Positions 8,774-20,800 of a DNA stretch of 64,000 nucleotides are shown in pieces. The DNA comes from Escherichia phage vB_VIPECOMC06. The notes under the pieces were generated by a model. That model was not told the origin of the DNA and did not search any database. It saw nothing but the letters and a program-made list of their open reading frames with translations. Position 1 is the first letter of the stretch. Each line of letters opens with the position of its first letter. The position numbers and the translations under genes were made by a program. The DNA lies in sequence record PQ416618.1; one strand, 5' to 3'.

Positions 8774-8802
8774 GTTTACATGTGCTTCAAACATGATATT
8801 AT
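8774..8802 (+). promoter_or_regulatory. T4-type early promoter upstream of motA
   Basis: GTTTAC + 17 nt + TATTAT. Confidence 0.6.
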
Positions 8803-8841
8803 AGACCTATCAAAACAAAACAACCAAATTGGAGAAATAAA

Positions 8842-9474
8842 ATGTCTAAAGTTACTTACATCATCAAAGCTTCTGAAAACGCTCTGAATGAAAAAACTGC
8901 TGCAATAATGGTTTATATCATTAAGAACAACTTCACCACTGCTGCCAATGTCCGTGAAGCTCTGGAAGCGGAATACAATGCATCAGTTGTTAACTCTAAC
9001 ATTGGTGTATTGATTAAGAAAGGTTTAGTCGAAAAATCCGGTGATGGACTTATAGCAACAGGCGAAGCAATGGATATTATCCAAAAAGCTGCAGACCTCT
9101 TTGCCCAAGAAAATGCTCCAGAACTTCTTCAGAAACGTAACACTAGAAAAGCACGTGGAGTTACTCCTGAAATGCATGAATTAGCAAACTTTGTTTTTGA
9201 AAATATTAAAGATAAAGTTGAAGTTAAAGAAATTGGTGAAAACCGTAGTAACTTGGAAGTTCGATTTGCAAAACGAGTTCTAGGTATTCGTCAGATCGAA
9301 ATTCGTCGAGATGGTTGTCTTAGAATATTTGCATACAACATGTCAGAAACTGAATCAAAACTGTTTACTTCTCTTGAAAATGATGTTAAAATTAAGATCG
9401 GTGGTAAATATACTTACATTGACTTCCCTAATGTATCCAAAGAAATCATTACCCTTGTAACTAACGTACTGTGA
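8842..9474 (+). CDS. motA: middle transcription activator MotA
   Basis: 210 aa; MSKVTYIIKAS...NSNIGVLIKKGLVEKSGDGLI.TGEA matches T4 MotA. Confidence 0.9.
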   Translation: MSKVTYIIKASENALNEKTAAIMVYIIKNNFTTAANVREALEAEYNASVVNSNIGVLIKKGLVEKSGDGLIATGEAMDIIQKAADLFAQENAPELLQKRNTRKARGVTPEMHELANFVFENIKDKVEVKEIGENRSNLEVRFAKRVLGIRQIEIRRDGCLRIFAYNMSETESKLFTSLENDVKIKIGGKYTYIDFPNVSKEIITLVTNVL

Positions 9475-9484
9475 GGAATACATA

Positions 9485-9829
9485 ATGAATAAGCTGAATA
9501 TTATTAACGAACTTCGTAAATGTGCAGAACCTACTCAGGAAGGATGGGATATTTGGTACCACGGGGCTTATTTAGGGACAATTGTAAAGATTAAAGCTGG
9601 GTTATATTTAATTATTCGCGAAAATTCTGAATTCCCTAATGGAGTAGCTCCTGGCGGTATACGTAAAAACTACATGGCAGCGATCAGTTCATTTGTTGAT
9701 GCAGCTTACGAAATCTATAAAGAAGATTATAAAGAATATCAGCAGTCACAACCGGTTATTCGTTCGATTGGTGTAAATAAACAAGCACAAAAATCTATTT
9801 GGCAACGTATTAAGGAATGGTTTAAATGA
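9485..9829 (+). CDS. hypothetical early protein
   Basis: 114-aa ORF, tightly packed after motA. Confidence 0.55.
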   Translation: MNKLNIINELRKCAEPTQEGWDIWYHGAYLGTIVKIKAGLYLIIRENSEFPNGVAPGGIRKNYMAAISSFVDAAYEIYKEDYKEYQQSQPVIRSIGVNKQAQKSIWQRIKEWFK

Positions 9830-10287
9830 AATCATTTAAAGAACGTTTAGAGCTATTAGATTTGGCCTTGTCTCGTGAGACTCCTGAAAGTCTAGCAGAA
9901 AAATTCCAGTCCTATGGTTATAATTATTCTGCTGATGATATAATGAATGAAGTTCCTGAAATCTGTTGGCAAACGTGTTATTGGAATAATGACCAAAAAG
10001 TTCAACGTGTTATAGTATGTGCAGCTAATAGGTTTAAATTGAAGAGTGGTGGAACTCTGGTTATTCCTGGAGTTCGTCATTACTCTAAAGATATGGCTGA
10101 AGTACTTGATATAGTTGGTCCTCAATTAGTCTCTCAACAAGTTTGTGGTGACGATCAAGGCTTTATCGACCAATACTCTAATTATTGGACTCGTGAAGAA
10201 GCAATGATTATTGCAACGTATGCTGGACAGGTACGTATTGAACGTGGCGGAAGCGAGAAAGAACTTTATTCAGAGGACCTTTATTAA
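9826..10287 (+). CDS. hypothetical early protein
   Basis: 153-aa ORF, ATGA overlap with upstream gene. Confidence 0.55.
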   Translation: MKSFKERLELLDLALSRETPESLAEKFQSYGYNYSADDIMNEVPEICWQTCYWNNDQKVQRVIVCAANRFKLKSGGTLVIPGVRHYSKDMAEVLDIVGPQLVSQQVCGDDQGFIDQYSNYWTREEAMIIATYAGQVRIERGGSEKELYSEDLY

Positions 10288-10568
10288 TGAATATTAAACA
10301 ACTCCAGAAAGATGCTATTGAATCACGTATCCAAGATATCAAACGTCTTAATCATATGATGGAAGAAAACTATGGTATGTATGCTAATCAGCCTGGTTGG
10401 GACGCTTTAGACCATCCTTATTTGGTCAATTTATGTAAAGGTGATACGTTAGCAATTATTCGTGATGGGCTAAAACCTTTCTTGCGTGATATGTATATTA
10501 AAATGAACGAAGAAATTATTAGCTCGTTGCAATATCAATTAAGGAAATTAGATGATGAGAATAATTGA
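10287..10568 (+). CDS. hypothetical early protein
   Basis: 93-aa ORF, start overlaps upstream stop. Confidence 0.5.
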   Translation: MNIKQLQKDAIESRIQDIKRLNHMMEENYGMYANQPGWDALDHPYLVNLCKGDTLAIIRDGLKPFLRDMYIKMNEEIISSLQYQLRKLDDENN

Positions 10569-10779
10569 TTCTAAAGCAGATTATTTTAATTCTGTTAATG
10601 ATAAGAATAAAGCTTTAATTCGCCACTTTATTACTGAGATGGGATACACTGACTCTAAAGATTTGAAAGAGCACATTATCGAATGTTCTGTGGCTAAAAA
10701 GTTTTCTTTTACCGATAAATGTTTAAACGAGGTTATAAAGCATTATGAACAATCTTGTAGCAAAACACGATTTCAATAA
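10552..10779 (+). CDS. hypothetical early protein
   Basis: 75-aa ORF overlapping the upstream gene. Confidence 0.45.
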   Translation: MMRIIDSKADYFNSVNDKNKALIRHFITEMGYTDSKDLKEHIIECSVAKKFSFTDKCLNEVIKHYEQSCSKTRFQ

Positions 10780-10853
10780 GGCTTCTGTTCATAAGGACAA
10801 GAAGAAATCAGAACTTCAATCTAAACGCAAACAAAAACATAAGGGTAAAGACT

Positions 10854-11153
10854 ATGCTTACTAAAATCAAAGAAAATCCTGCCACTGAACTTGTTATTCG
10901 TTGTGAAGAACTTGCAGAGCTTTATCAGGTTAACCGAGAAGTGTATCGTAGTGTTATCATAGATATGGAAGATGAAGTCTGCTCTCGACTTGAGTTTAGT
11001 GTTGATTTCAGTCATTTTAAACCTGGTGAAATCACTATTGTATTTGGTTCTGACTACACCGAAGAACAGGCTCTTAATGCCCTAGAATATGAAATATCAT
11101 TCTTCGACATACAGGACTACATTGATAGTTATAAGGAACAATATGAGTCATAA
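10854..11153 (+). CDS. strongly acidic small protein, possible DNA mimic (Arn-like anti-restriction candidate)
   Basis: 99 aa with roughly 23 Asp/Glu against 8 Lys/Arg; sits just upstream of asiA where T4 has arn; identity not verified. Confidence 0.4.
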   Translation: MLTKIKENPATELVIRCEELAELYQVNREVYRSVIIDMEDEVCSRLEFSVDFSHFKPGEITIVFGSDYTEEQALNALEYEISFFDIQDYIDSYKEQYES

Positions 11154-11304
11154 TCTTCAGAACGTAGTAGAGGCCGAACGTGAGCGTGAGGCTTTAGTCT
11201 ATAATGAACTATTAGCTCAGTTCTTAGCCTTACACTCGTATGAACAGGAAGACTATACCAATTACGTTAAAAGCGTAGAAAAAGCCGTTTACAATCAACA
11301 CTGA
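11143..11304 (+). CDS. hypothetical small protein (53 aa)
   Basis: ATG at 11143 overlapping the upstream stop; MSHNLQNVVEAERE... Confidence 0.4.
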   Translation: MSHNLQNVVEAEREREALVYNELLAQFLALHSYEQEDYTNYVKSVEKAVYNQH

Positions 11305-11350
11305 TAATGGTACTATATCCATATCAACTAAGTGGAATGAATAAAACGTT

Positions 11351-11623
11351 ATGAATAAAGACATTGAAATCGTACGTGAAATTATTACTATTGCTTCTAT
11401 TTTGATTAAATTCTCTAGGGAAGATATTGTTGAAGACCGAGCAAGTTTCATCGGATTCTTGAATGAGATTGGAATTAAAAAAGATGGTCGGCAGCTAAAT
11501 CAGAATTCGTTCAGAAAACTAATTACAAATTTAACTGCCGAAGAAAAGAAAACACTGATTAGTGAATTCAACGAAGGTTTTGAAAATATTTATCGTCATT
11601 TAGCGATGTATTCTAACAACTAA
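11351..11623 (+). CDS. asiA: anti-sigma70 factor AsiA
   Basis: 90 aa; MNK.I..VREIIT.ASILIKFSREDIVE.RA.FI.FLNEIG...NQNSFRK...L..E.KKTLI.EFNEGFE matches T4 AsiA. Confidence 0.92.
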   Translation: MNKDIEIVREIITIASILIKFSREDIVEDRASFIGFLNEIGIKKDGRQLNQNSFRKLITNLTAEEKKTLISEFNEGFENIYRHLAMYSNN

Positions 11624-12283
11624 TTATTTGGCCCTTCCTAGTATTCGGATCGCTTGGTTGCATATAGCCGCTAAGCGATCTTCCTCAAGTATATTACTCC
11701 CCTTATACCAATACATCGTCACAGTTCCGGCATAGATGTTATCCAAATTAAAGTATGGACAACTATACATATAAGAAAGTTCAGCAGTCTTAGATTTTGT
11801 AGGCAAAAATGCAAATTCTGATTTAGATGAGAAATGACGGCCACTTAAATGAATTATATATTCATTGGCCGTTTTATCCACCGGGAATCCGCCAAGGGAC
11901 TTTTCAGAAATTGTGCTAGGTAGTTTGCCTTCATAAGCTATAAGGTCGACGAAATAATTTAAGTTTTTAGGTCTGAAAGAATACACAGCACTAAAATCTG
12001 CACCAGATGAGATATGAACTATTTGCAGTTGTTCTAGAGCCGCAGATTCAAAACGTAAAGCTCGTTCTTTTTGGATTATTTCAGTATAAGTATCATACTT
12101 AGCTCTTACGTAATAATCCAGCAAAATACTTCCTTTGTACCATATTAGTGCCATTAGGAACAAAAGAATAATTACCGCTACTCGTGACATTAAAACCTTT
12201 CCAGTAGCGTTATCTTTGAAAATACGATCTAGCAACCCAAATAGAATATCACTAGGCGAAGATGATACTTTTGGTGTTGCCAT
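11624..12283 (-). CDS. t: holin (lysis inhibition sensor) T
   Basis: 219 aa; ...SPSDILFG.LDR.FKDNATGKVL.SRVAV...YSFRPKNLNYFVD.IAYEGKLPSTISEKSLGG.PVDKT matches T4 holin. Confidence 0.93.
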   Translation of the reverse strand: MATPKVSSSPSDILFGLLDRIFKDNATGKVLMSRVAVIILLFLMALIWYKGSILLDYYVRAKYDTYTEIIQKERALRFESAALEQLQIVHISSGADFSAVYSFRPKNLNYFVDLIAYEGKLPSTISEKSLGGFPVDKTANEYIIHLSGRHFSSKSEFAFLPTKSKTAELSYMYSCPYFNLDNIYAGTVTMYWYKGSNILEEDRLAAICNQAIRILGRAK

Positions 12284-12292
12284 AATACCTCC

Positions 12293-12844
12293 TTACTTAA
12301 AGATATTTATAATCGCTTTGACAATAGATTTGTTTTCAAGGTCAGGGAATTTGGGGAATTCACCGCCAAGATGTTCATGTTTTTCTAAAAGGGCAAAGAA
12401 TTTTTTGAGCTCTTTAAATTTTCGTTTTTCTTCTCTATTAGCAACCTCTGCGTCAATAAGAGAACTTAAAACACTGAATAATTTATAGAGTTCATGAATT
12501 TTCTTATCACGTTGAACTACGCGTTTATATGCTTCATCTTCCTTCCACCCGTCGTCGGTCCAAATGTCAAATTCGCCAGGTTCTTCTGTAGTAACATTTT
12601 GAAGAGCCCCTGGAGTGTCAATAACAATTTTTTGCTTATCATAAGTCCATACTGTTTTTCCGCGATGGTCTTCAACATAAACCCATTCTTGCTCGCGTTC
12701 GTCAAATATAACAGCATAGCCTTCTTTATGGTCTAAAGGTTTTTTTGGTGTCGAATGAGCCGGAAATCCTACGCCTTTTAATGGTTTATAATTTTCTTCT
12801 TTGTAAAATTCTTTAGTGTCAAAATAATAGTGATAGAGTTTCAT
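12293..12844 (-). CDS. 38: gp38 distal long tail fibre assembly chaperone (T4-type)
   Basis: 183 aa; MK.YHYYFDTKEFYKEENYKP...GEFDIWTDDGWKEDE...FALLEKHEHLGGEFP matches T4 gp38. Confidence 0.9.
   Translation of the reverse strand: MKLYHYYFDTKEFYKEENYKPLKGVGFPAHSTPKKPLDHKEGYAVIFDEREQEWVYVEDHRGKTVWTYDKQKIVIDTPGALQNVTTEEPGEFDIWTDDGWKEDEAYKRVVQRDKKIHELYKLFSVLSSLIDAEVANREEKRKFKELKKFFALLEKHEHLGGEFPKFPDLENKSIVKAIINIFK
12304..12311 (-). promoter_or_regulatory. late promoter for holin t
   Basis: TATAAATA on - strand about 20 nt upstream of the t ATG, inside the 3' end of gene 38. Confidence 0.6.
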
Positions 12845-12849
12845 ATTAT

Positions 12850-12867
12850 AAAAGGGACCGAAGTCCC
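12850..12867 (-). terminator. hairpin between genes 37 and 38
   Basis: GGGACTTCGGTCCC (read on - strand) followed by TTTTAT. Confidence 0.6.
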
Positions 12868-12873
12868 TTCTCC

Positions 12874-15800
12874 TTATGCTAAACGAACGATATAGTTAAA
12901 AGCAACGTTTTTAACTGTGTTTTCTGTATTTCCTGTGGCATTTACAGTTATTGTATGTCCATGGGAACCAATTGCAACAGTATGAGAATGAGCACCAATA
13001 CCTACCGTATGGGTATGAGCACCAATACCAACAGTGTGGGCATGGTTACCCGTAGCGCTAGTAGTACCAGACCAACTATGGGTGTGGGCACCGTCTGAAG
13101 AAGTTTTGGCCATATTCGACGATGCAGTAGCACCGCTCACGGATCCAGTGATTTTAGCGTTACCGTTTGGACCAGCACTATTGTATCCATCATAGAATAT
13201 GCTAGCGGGTACGCCGCCTTGTATCTGAGGGCCTGAACGCGCGTGTTGGTGAGCACCGGCGGAACTAGTATTACCACTCACTGTATGGTTATGGTTGCCA
13301 GTGGTATTACTGGTCTTAGTACCATAATCAAAGCTTGAAGTCGTTTTGCTACCGTAATCAAAACTAGAAGTGGTCTTAGTACCCAAATCTGTGTTTGATG
13401 CACTTGCACTATGGCTATGTGACTTAACACCGTCTGCTTCTGTACTTAATACAGCACGCCCAGATGGTTTACCCTTGATAGTTTGACCACGCATATCAGG
13501 CAGAGAACCGGAAGGATACACAGCGGCTAACTTAGGATACAAGCCAGCATCAAATGTTTGACCTTCCATTATGGCATAACCTTCAGGAGGTGTATCAGTA
13601 GGCCAAGGAATCGGAGCACCAATTGGATAACTTGAGACAATATCCGTCTTAAGGTTATTTATTGTGGTATTCAAGTTAGCAAAGTTACCAGAACCACCAG
13701 TAATATTACCATCAGTTCCTAGTTGGGCATTTCCGACTTTAAAGGGTTTAGTGATTGACACGAAATTATCACTTATAACAAGACCGTGTCCATACGATTG
13801 GCTATAAAGTGATAAATCATTTCCAGAACCACCAAGACCAACATACCAAGATCTAGTTCCAGCTTTAGAACCCTGCAAATAATTAGCAGAAGAAGATGAA
13901 GGAGAATCTAGAGTAAGCGCTGCATTACGTTCATTAATAGTTACTGGACATATCATTTTAATAGTTTTAAGACTATTACTTACTTGTAATAATCCTGTAC
14001 CAGATCCAGAATCTCCTAAATGAACATCGTGCGACATTTTAACTGTGCCAGTGTTCAGTTCTATTGTCAATGGTCTAAGATTACTTATACCGCCTGATTC
14101 TCCAGCATCTTTAGGAGTCGGGATAATATATAATGATGCTTCTGAACGACGGAAAATTGCCCCGTATTCAGCATTCCAAATTCTTAATGCATCAGCTGTT
14201 CCGCCGATTTTAACTTGACCAGTAATAGAAGAACCACCAGTTAAATTAAGCCCATTATTCATGGTCACAGCACCTTCATGTGTACTCAATCCTCCCACAT
14301 AAAGGTTGCCAGTGGCGGTCAATGTTCCTTTTGCATTTAAAGAACCTGAAACTTGCATTAATACAGGGCCTATAGTTTCGTCACCTGTAGGCGCACCACG
14401 TTGAGAATAAAAATGGTATCCTTGTCCGTCACTAACTTCAAATACAGTTTCACGATATTTATCACCAGTGGTGTTAAATGCATTACCCCATGCTTTAACA
14501 GTTACATAACTCTTATTCTGACCTGCTCGAGTACCACCTTCCCACATGATTTGCTTAGTGCCATCAATACCTGAAGCTGCTTTAAAAACTAGAGAAGCAT
14601 TAGTTCCATCACCATTAAAATATAATCCATTATTAAGTTTTAATGTTTGAACAGAAGCGATGGTACCATCAGCACGTAAATTTAATGAATTTGAACCAGT
14701 TTTAAGATCTAAAATTCCTGGTTCAACAAGAAGTCCATCGCCCATGCTAACAGACATACGACCCGTGCCGCGGAAATAGTGATACATTTTAGAATTACTG
14801 CTATAACCAATATGAGTCTGCCCATCGCCGTTATTATTACCATCAACATCGGTGCGTGCGGTAAACATTGCTTGGTTGTTATTTGGAAAATCCCAAGTAG
14901 AACCGGAATCTCGACTATAACCAACCGTCAATTTTTTAGTACTATTAATACCATTATTCAAAATGGTAGCGGTTGAAATACTGTTAGCCATTAAGTCAAT
15001 AACGCCATCACGGACCCATTTAATACCAGTATCGTTATCGCCAATTGCAATACCAATGGAAATGGCAGACTCTAAAGGATAACGCCCATTTGTACCATTA
15101 TCAGGAAGACCTACTGAAATAGATTTACCTGCGGTAATACGCCCGGAAGTATCAAACGCCCATTGGAAATATTGAGCACCAGTCCCTGTCCACCAAGAAA
15201 TTTCGTGTGGTTTACCTGAACGAGCATCAGCAATTTCATGGAAAATAGCAGAAGAAACATGTCCGCGGAATTTACGAAGGTAGTTTATACCATTAGTATC
15301 CAAATCCGTTTCGGTTGGAGTATAGCGCCAAGTCGGTAATGAAACTAAATCATATGCAGTATCAATATTAGTGTCCCAAGATTTAGTGCTCACATTGATA
15401 TTTTTGGTAATAACTTTAGGACCAATTAAAGAACCAGCTTTAGTTTCAATATTACTTTGAGTAACTAAATATCCATTAGCTACTAATAAATTTCCGGAAT
15501 CAACTTGAAAATTACCATTACGGTTAAAGGTCCAATATTTCGAAGTGCCTGTTTCATCAATATAATGCATCTTCATTGAGCCTTCATTAACTAAGGTCCC
15601 TAATGAGAAAGTACCATCTTTATAACGTTGCTTAATTAACGGGTTATATTCTGAAGTAGCGGTTGATGCGGAAATATCCATGAAAATAGGGGCTTTTGCC
15701 GTGTGTTGACCAGCCCAAGAACCAACTCCGGTGGCCTTATAAGCAAATTCGATATATCCACCAGATGCAACATTTTGTGAGCCTATTAAATTAAATGTAC

Positions 15801-16014
15801 CTGTCTGAGTATAGTTACCTACATGAGTTACATTACCGTTAATATCCCCGCCTTTAGCAAAACCCAGATCAATGATATTTCCTAAATCATCTTTAGTAAA
15901 AATTGTTCTATCTTTTAAGTTTATAGCCAATTCACCTTCGGCTAATACTGAAGCAGCAGGGCGTGCACCTGCGGTTTTGCTTCTTTTAAATTGTATTTGT
16001 TTTAAAGTAGCCAT
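12874..16014 (-). CDS. 37: gp37 long tail fibre distal subunit (receptor-binding)
   Basis: 1046 aa; C-terminal His-box repeats [38 protein letters not shown]...[15 protein letters not shown] as in T4 gp37. Confidence 0.93.
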   Translation of the reverse strand: MATLKQIQFKRSKTAGARPAASVLAEGELAINLKDRTIFTKDDLGNIIDLGFAKGGDINGNVTHVGNYTQTGTFNLIGSQNVASGGYIEFAYKATGVGSWAGQHTAKAPIFMDISASTATSEYNPLIKQRYKDGTFSLGTLVNEGSMKMHYIDETGTSKYWTFNRNGNFQVDSGNLLVANGYLVTQSNIETKAGSLIGPKVITKNINVSTKSWDTNIDTAYDLVSLPTWRYTPTETDLDTNGINYLRKFRGHVSSAIFHEIADARSGKPHEISWWTGTGAQYFQWAFDTSGRITAGKSISVGLPDNGTNGRYPLESAISIGIAIGDNDTGIKWVRDGVIDLMANSISTATILNNGINSTKKLTVGYSRDSGSTWDFPNNNQAMFTARTDVDGNNNGDGQTHIGYSSNSKMYHYFRGTGRMSVSMGDGLLVEPGILDLKTGSNSLNLRADGTIASVQTLKLNNGLYFNGDGTNASLVFKAASGIDGTKQIMWEGGTRAGQNKSYVTVKAWGNAFNTTGDKYRETVFEVSDGQGYHFYSQRGAPTGDETIGPVLMQVSGSLNAKGTLTATGNLYVGGLSTHEGAVTMNNGLNLTGGSSITGQVKIGGTADALRIWNAEYGAIFRRSEASLYIIPTPKDAGESGGISNLRPLTIELNTGTVKMSHDVHLGDSGSGTGLLQVSNSLKTIKMICPVTINERNAALTLDSPSSSSANYLQGSKAGTRSWYVGLGGSGNDLSLYSQSYGHGLVISDNFVSITKPFKVGNAQLGTDGNITGGSGNFANLNTTINNLKTDIVSSYPIGAPIPWPTDTPPEGYAIMEGQTFDAGLYPKLAAVYPSGSLPDMRGQTIKGKPSGRAVLSTEADGVKSHSHSASASNTDLGTKTTSSFDYGSKTTSSFDYGTKTSNTTGNHNHTVSGNTSSAGAHQHARSGPQIQGGVPASIFYDGYNSAGPNGNAKITGSVSGATASSNMAKTSSDGAHTHSWSGTTSATGNHAHTVGIGAHTHTVGIGAHSHTVAIGSHGHTITVNATGNTENTVKNVAFNYIVRLA

Positions 16015-16022
16015 AAGTCCTC

Positions 16023-16688
16023 TTAATAATAGCCGAAATCTTGAACAGAATCCTTAATTACGATTTGGTCGAAACGAGGAACATGATTAGCCTCAGACGC
16101 CGGATTCTGTGAGAAAAAGTTTGGTGCTGTTAAAGTACCAGTCATGGTGTCGCCTTTACGCAATACACGGGAATTTGCGTTATCCGTAACAATATTTATT
16201 CGTCCATCAACATAGTCCTTTCTAGTAAGGTCATTCGCTGCTACAGGAGCAGTAGCGTTAGAACGGACAGGACCAGTTGCATAAATACCACCTTTAGTGC
16301 TGATATCACCAGTACGAGTGTTAACAACAACAGTTCTACCTGCAGATCCTTGTGATGATTTAAAACCAATGCCATACCATGAAACAATATCAATATTTGC
16401 TGTATCAAAAGTAGCAGCATCGCCATTGCCAGGATAAATACCACTTTGATTTGTGTTATTTACGGCATAAGGTACTTGCACACCATTATTAAATGTTACT
16501 CGAGCGGCATACGTACCACCATTAGCTTTAGAAACAAAATCGTTATCAGCCGCTTGTGGTTTATTATATTCTGAATAGAGTTTAAACGTTTTATACAGGA
16601 CGTCATCACCTGCTGGCATTAAAGGGAAATTACCTTGATGCCATATAACGGCACCGCCAGTTGTACTACCAGCTTTTAAATCGGCCAT
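16023..16688 (-). CDS. 36: gp36 long tail fibre hinge/distal connector
   Basis: 221 aa, between gp35 and gp37 in the conserved fibre cluster. Confidence 0.85.
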   Translation of the reverse strand: MADLKAGSTTGGAVIWHQGNFPLMPAGDDVLYKTFKLYSEYNKPQAADNDFVSKANGGTYAARVTFNNGVQVPYAVNNTNQSGIYPGNGDAATFDTANIDIVSWYGIGFKSSQGSAGRTVVVNTRTGDISTKGGIYATGPVRSNATAPVAANDLTRKDYVDGRINIVTDNANSRVLRKGDTMTGTLTAPNFFSQNPASEANHVPRFDQIVIKDSVQDFGYY

Positions 16689-16712
16689 AGTTGTCTCCTT
16701 ATATGTATACCA

Positions 16713-16720
16713 TATTTATA
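16713..16720 (-). promoter_or_regulatory. late promoter for gene 36
   Basis: TATAAATA on - strand about 25 nt upstream of the gp36 ATG. Confidence 0.7.
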
Positions 16721-16744
16721 CAAAAATGGGAGACCGAAGTCTCC
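16720..16744 (-). terminator. intrinsic terminator after gene 35
   Basis: GGGAGACTTCGGTCTCCC (read on - strand) followed by ATTTTT; sits just upstream of the gp36 late promoter. Confidence 0.75.
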
Positions 16745-16750
16745 CTAAAT

Positions 16751-17878
16751 TTATTCTGATGCTTCTTTAAATTCTTGTCCAAATACCTTACCAGTATCAG
16801 TTGAAGATTGAGTAGGTAATGTCATTATGTCTGTGGCACTTAAAGATTCTGAAACATAATTTACACGAATACCATTTATACCAAACTCAGCAGGTTTTGA
16901 AACGCTTCCATTATATGATACTTCAGTGAATATAACGTTTCTTAATCCACCTTGCCCGACTGGAGCTGTACGATAACAATAAATCGTGAACCCGTCAGCA
17001 CCAGCAGGAATTTCTATGTAGTCTTCATATATCTTCCATTCACCTGCAGCCCCATCAAAGTTTATATCCTTAAATGAAATAGGTGAAGTAGAAGGAGATT
17101 TAAAGAAACGAATAGAAAGTCGTGTCGTCCCTTGTGCTAACAAATCAGCATCGGCCATTAGTTGGAATTTCATATAAAGGAAATCTCCAGGCTTCAATTT
17201 ATACCCAGCGAGAGGTGTAATAAGGGACGTTGTAGGCATCCTTTTAATTTCATTATTAGTACCTCCAACAGCAGATAAAAATGTGTCTGTCGATTCGTAC
17301 GTACGACTAGGGAAGCCGGTAGCACCAATATCATCGATCGTGTCGTACACAACATCAAGTGGTGTACTATAGTCGGTTGAAGTTTTCTTATTACTATACT
17401 TAATATGTTCTAGTGCTATAGCATTCTTACCAGAAATATAAAATGCAGAATAAGAAATGTCCACTATATTTAAAACTTGTTGAGCTAATGGAATAACAGA
17501 ACTCCCAGCTTTAGTAAACCATGCAAGAACTTCAGGTGGAAAGTTCGTTTTAGCGTTAGTAACAAGAGCAAATATAAAATTTGAAGCATATGTGTCCATG
17601 AAAGTAACAAATGCACTTGACGTGGCGTCGTTTTCAGTAGAGAAATTATATGACTTAGATTCAACTACTGCACCTGTTGTAGGATTTATTACACGAACGT
17701 TTAATCCAACGGAAAAAACCTGGGACCCAAGTGGATTATCTTGGAACTTAATATAAGCAGGAGATGTTGATAGCGGACAAGAGCCCGCTATACTTAATTT
17801 AAATCGTACTGAATTGCTTTCCGATAAAAATGGCGTTTGGACATATCCTTGTCCAAACTTAGCCATAAATTTTTCCAT
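16751..17878 (-). CDS. 35: gp35 long tail fibre hinge connector
   Basis: 375 aa, position between gp34 and gp36. Confidence 0.85.
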   Translation of the reverse strand: MEKFMAKFGQGYVQTPFLSESNSVRFKLSIAGSCPLSTSPAYIKFQDNPLGSQVFSVGLNVRVINPTTGAVVESKSYNFSTENDATSSAFVTFMDTYASNFIFALVTNAKTNFPPEVLAWFTKAGSSVIPLAQQVLNIVDISYSAFYISGKNAIALEHIKYSNKKTSTDYSTPLDVVYDTIDDIGATGFPSRTYESTDTFLSAVGGTNNEIKRMPTTSLITPLAGYKLKPGDFLYMKFQLMADADLLAQGTTRLSIRFFKSPSTSPISFKDINFDGAAGEWKIYEDYIEIPAGADGFTIYCYRTAPVGQGGLRNVIFTEVSYNGSVSKPAEFGINGIRVNYVSESLSATDIMTLPTQSSTDTGKVFGQEFKEASE

Positions 17879-17886
17879 AATACCTC

Positions 17887-20800
17887 TTATTCAACCCATT
17901 CAAATTTAACAGATTTATTCACAGGGTCTGGAATAATGCGGACATTACCAATCCTTAAGAAATCACGAATAGTAAGATTCCCCATTGTAGCATTATCAGA
18001 TGGTAAAGCGCCAATATCAGAAGGTTGAGGAGGGTTTCCACCATCAAATACCTGAACAAAACTCGACCAAGAATTTTTAGTTTTCTGCCATGTACGTGTC
18101 CAACGGGTTGTACGTGCTTCTGGAGTTGTTGGATAAGTAATCCAATCTTGGTAAAGCGAATCAAGTGTGTTACCAAACTGAGTCAATGTACCAGGAGATT
18201 TAACTTCTTCGCCACGTTCTAAGTATGGAAGTCCAGTCACTTCATTAGTTTTTTCAACCATTTTAAAATAACCTGGGAACTGGTTATAAGTGGCTGAATC
18301 GTTAATATCGATTGACCAGAATCCTACAGTATCAGATGTTGGTGCACGTGTATATAAATCAGATGTTTTAGTACCTTGAGAACGAATTCTCGAGTTAACC
18401 GTTAAACCACCTGAATTTATAGTAGCACCTTTAGCAATGATTAAGCTTTCACCAATCGTTACTTGACCAGATGTATTGTTAATAGCTAAAGGACGTAATC
18501 CATTAAATCCACCAGTCTGATCACCTGATGCAGTAAGCATAAAATAGGTATTAACAGCATCATTACGAATAAAGAATCCGTAATTACCACTAATAGCTCT
18601 AAAAGCATTCGATGATTTGCTGATGAATTCACCATTAGCAGTAACTGAACTACCAAATGTTGCAACGCCGTTCGCGTTCAAAGAACCTGAAGCGTTGACA
18701 TTTATCGGCATCACAGTACCATTGATACTAAACGTTATATTCCCAGCTTTATTGCGTTGAGAATAAAAGTGATTAGACGTTTCATCACCAACTTCAAATA
18801 CAGTAGAACGTGTTGTATCTGAACCGCCACCAAACTGATTTCCCCATACACGGATGCTCATTGACTGTGCTGGGTTAGTTCCAGTTTGAGGTCCTTTTTC
18901 AAAAATCAGACGAGTTGCTGTTCCAGCGTTAGAAATAGTTAATGTACTATTTGCCGAAACTGAACCACCAAACGTAGCAGTACTAGATGATACAAGAGGG
19001 GCACTCAGATTCGTTTGTTGGGTTAATGTTAGTGAACCATTAACCGTCTGTGCAATGTCCCTACGAATGAACTGAGATGAATCTAGGCCATCCAATAAAT
19101 TCGTGTCAGCAGCTTTTGCTTTTAATGGCAAGTAATTTGCTAATACACGGTTTAATTCATATGGTGATACTGCATAGCTATTTTTCTCATATAGCTCTAA
19201 GTTCTGTGTAGAACCGACTGTATCATTACCAACGAATGTAATTGAACCGGATGAAGTTTTAACGAATCCACGAATTGCTGTAGTAGCAGCCCATGTTGGT
19301 TCGTTCTGGACAATCCATTTTAAATTCTTAGGAGATACAGCAGTGTTCGCTGACGTTCCAGTCACAGTTTCAGTCTGGGTTGCAACCTTGATTACACCTT
19401 CAGACGTTTCAGTGGACTTAGTCCCTAAAAGCTTTTTAGGAGTAATAAGAACATCATCTAAAGTTCCTGCATTAGATTCTGCCTGGGTCGCTACGCGAAG
19501 TGTACCACGTTGTGTTTCATTTGCTTTAGAAATATCAAGAGTATAATGGTTCCACAAGGTTCCTTCTTCAATAAGTCCGGAATCAGAATTAACACTGGTA
19601 CGGTCAGAAGAATCAAAATGAGTTTTAATTTTCAGTGGAGTCGAGATACGAGTATCATCAGTTCCAGTATCAAATTCAACTTGCGTAGCAATTTCGGCTA
19701 TGCCGGATAATCCTTCCGTCGCTCTCCTATCATTTAACGTCTTAGGCGTTACTGCACGTGTATAATCAGTCCCAGCATTAGTTTCTGCTTGCGTAGCAAT
19801 TTCAATTAAACCAATACGTCCATCAGTAGAAGTTTTCTTATGTAGTGTTTCAGGAGTTACTACAGCATGAGAGTATCCAGACTGAGATTGTCCAGCAATT
19901 ACTTCACTATCAATAGCTAAAATTACTGCACCTTGTTGAGCATACGTTGCTTTATATTGGTCAAGGGCTTTAGGAGAAATAGTTAAATTATTTACGGTTT
20001 TATTATAAACGTTAGTGCCTGCGGCCCCACGAGTTTCGGCAGGAGTAGCAGAAGTAGTCGATACATATTTAACTATACCAGACAGCGTTTCAGAGCCCTG
20101 ACGTGCCTGTAATTTCTTAGGCGTAATAATCGTTGTGTCATCAAGACCAGCATCGGTTTCAGTCTGAGTAGCAATTTCAGCAAGACCGCGACGAGTTTCA
20201 GTTGCTGTACGCTCATTTAGTTTTTTAGGCGTAACAATAGTATCGTCCACAAATGATGCTGTGGAGTTCTGGTTAACTTGTGCTGTTGTAGCAATTTTAG
20301 CGATACCACGTCGAGCTTCAGTTGCTGTACGATTTGCCAACGTTTCAGGAGTAATAGCAACTTCTTTAGCCGGAGTATTCTCTAAATCAACATTTGCTTG
20401 CGCTTGAGTAGCAAGAGCAATAACACCTAAACGAGCTCGTGTAGCATCAGATCCAGCATCAACACGTTCTACCGTAGGGACATTCTGTTGCACAACCCAA
20501 TAATGAGTGTCAGAATCAGTGTCTTCGATATACGCTAATTCTAATACAGGAACATATGAAGTAGTGCCATTGAATTCTAGTTCAGTAACAGAGACCCATT
20601 GAGCATCAGGTGGATATTCAGAACGTTTAGGGAACTGAAGTAATGCGACAGAAGAAGCAATTGTATCACCTTCGGCAGCTTTAATTTTTACTGTTTGGCC
20701 TTTACGCATGTAGTTCATTGAAATTTTAACAGTGTCACCACTCAAAATTCCAGTAGGCAGCGTAAGATTAATAGTTCCGGTTGTAGCGTTATTTGTGCCA

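Noticed and set aside
12135-12844. + strand ORFs (12135-12488, 12494-12736) across holin and gp38
   Set aside because: Antisense to the late genes t and 38, which have clear homology; no SD.
13000-13400. Possible CRISPR-like or tandem DNA repeat from repeated GGTATGAGCACC-like segments
   Set aside because: These are the coding repeats for the His-box (HxH) units of the gp37 fibre tip, not spacer-repeat architecture; no CRISPR array is present in the window.
14709-16444. Several 60-70 aa ORFs on either strand within genes 37 and 36
   Set aside because: Embedded in large tail-fibre CDSs with strong homology; alternative-frame artefacts.
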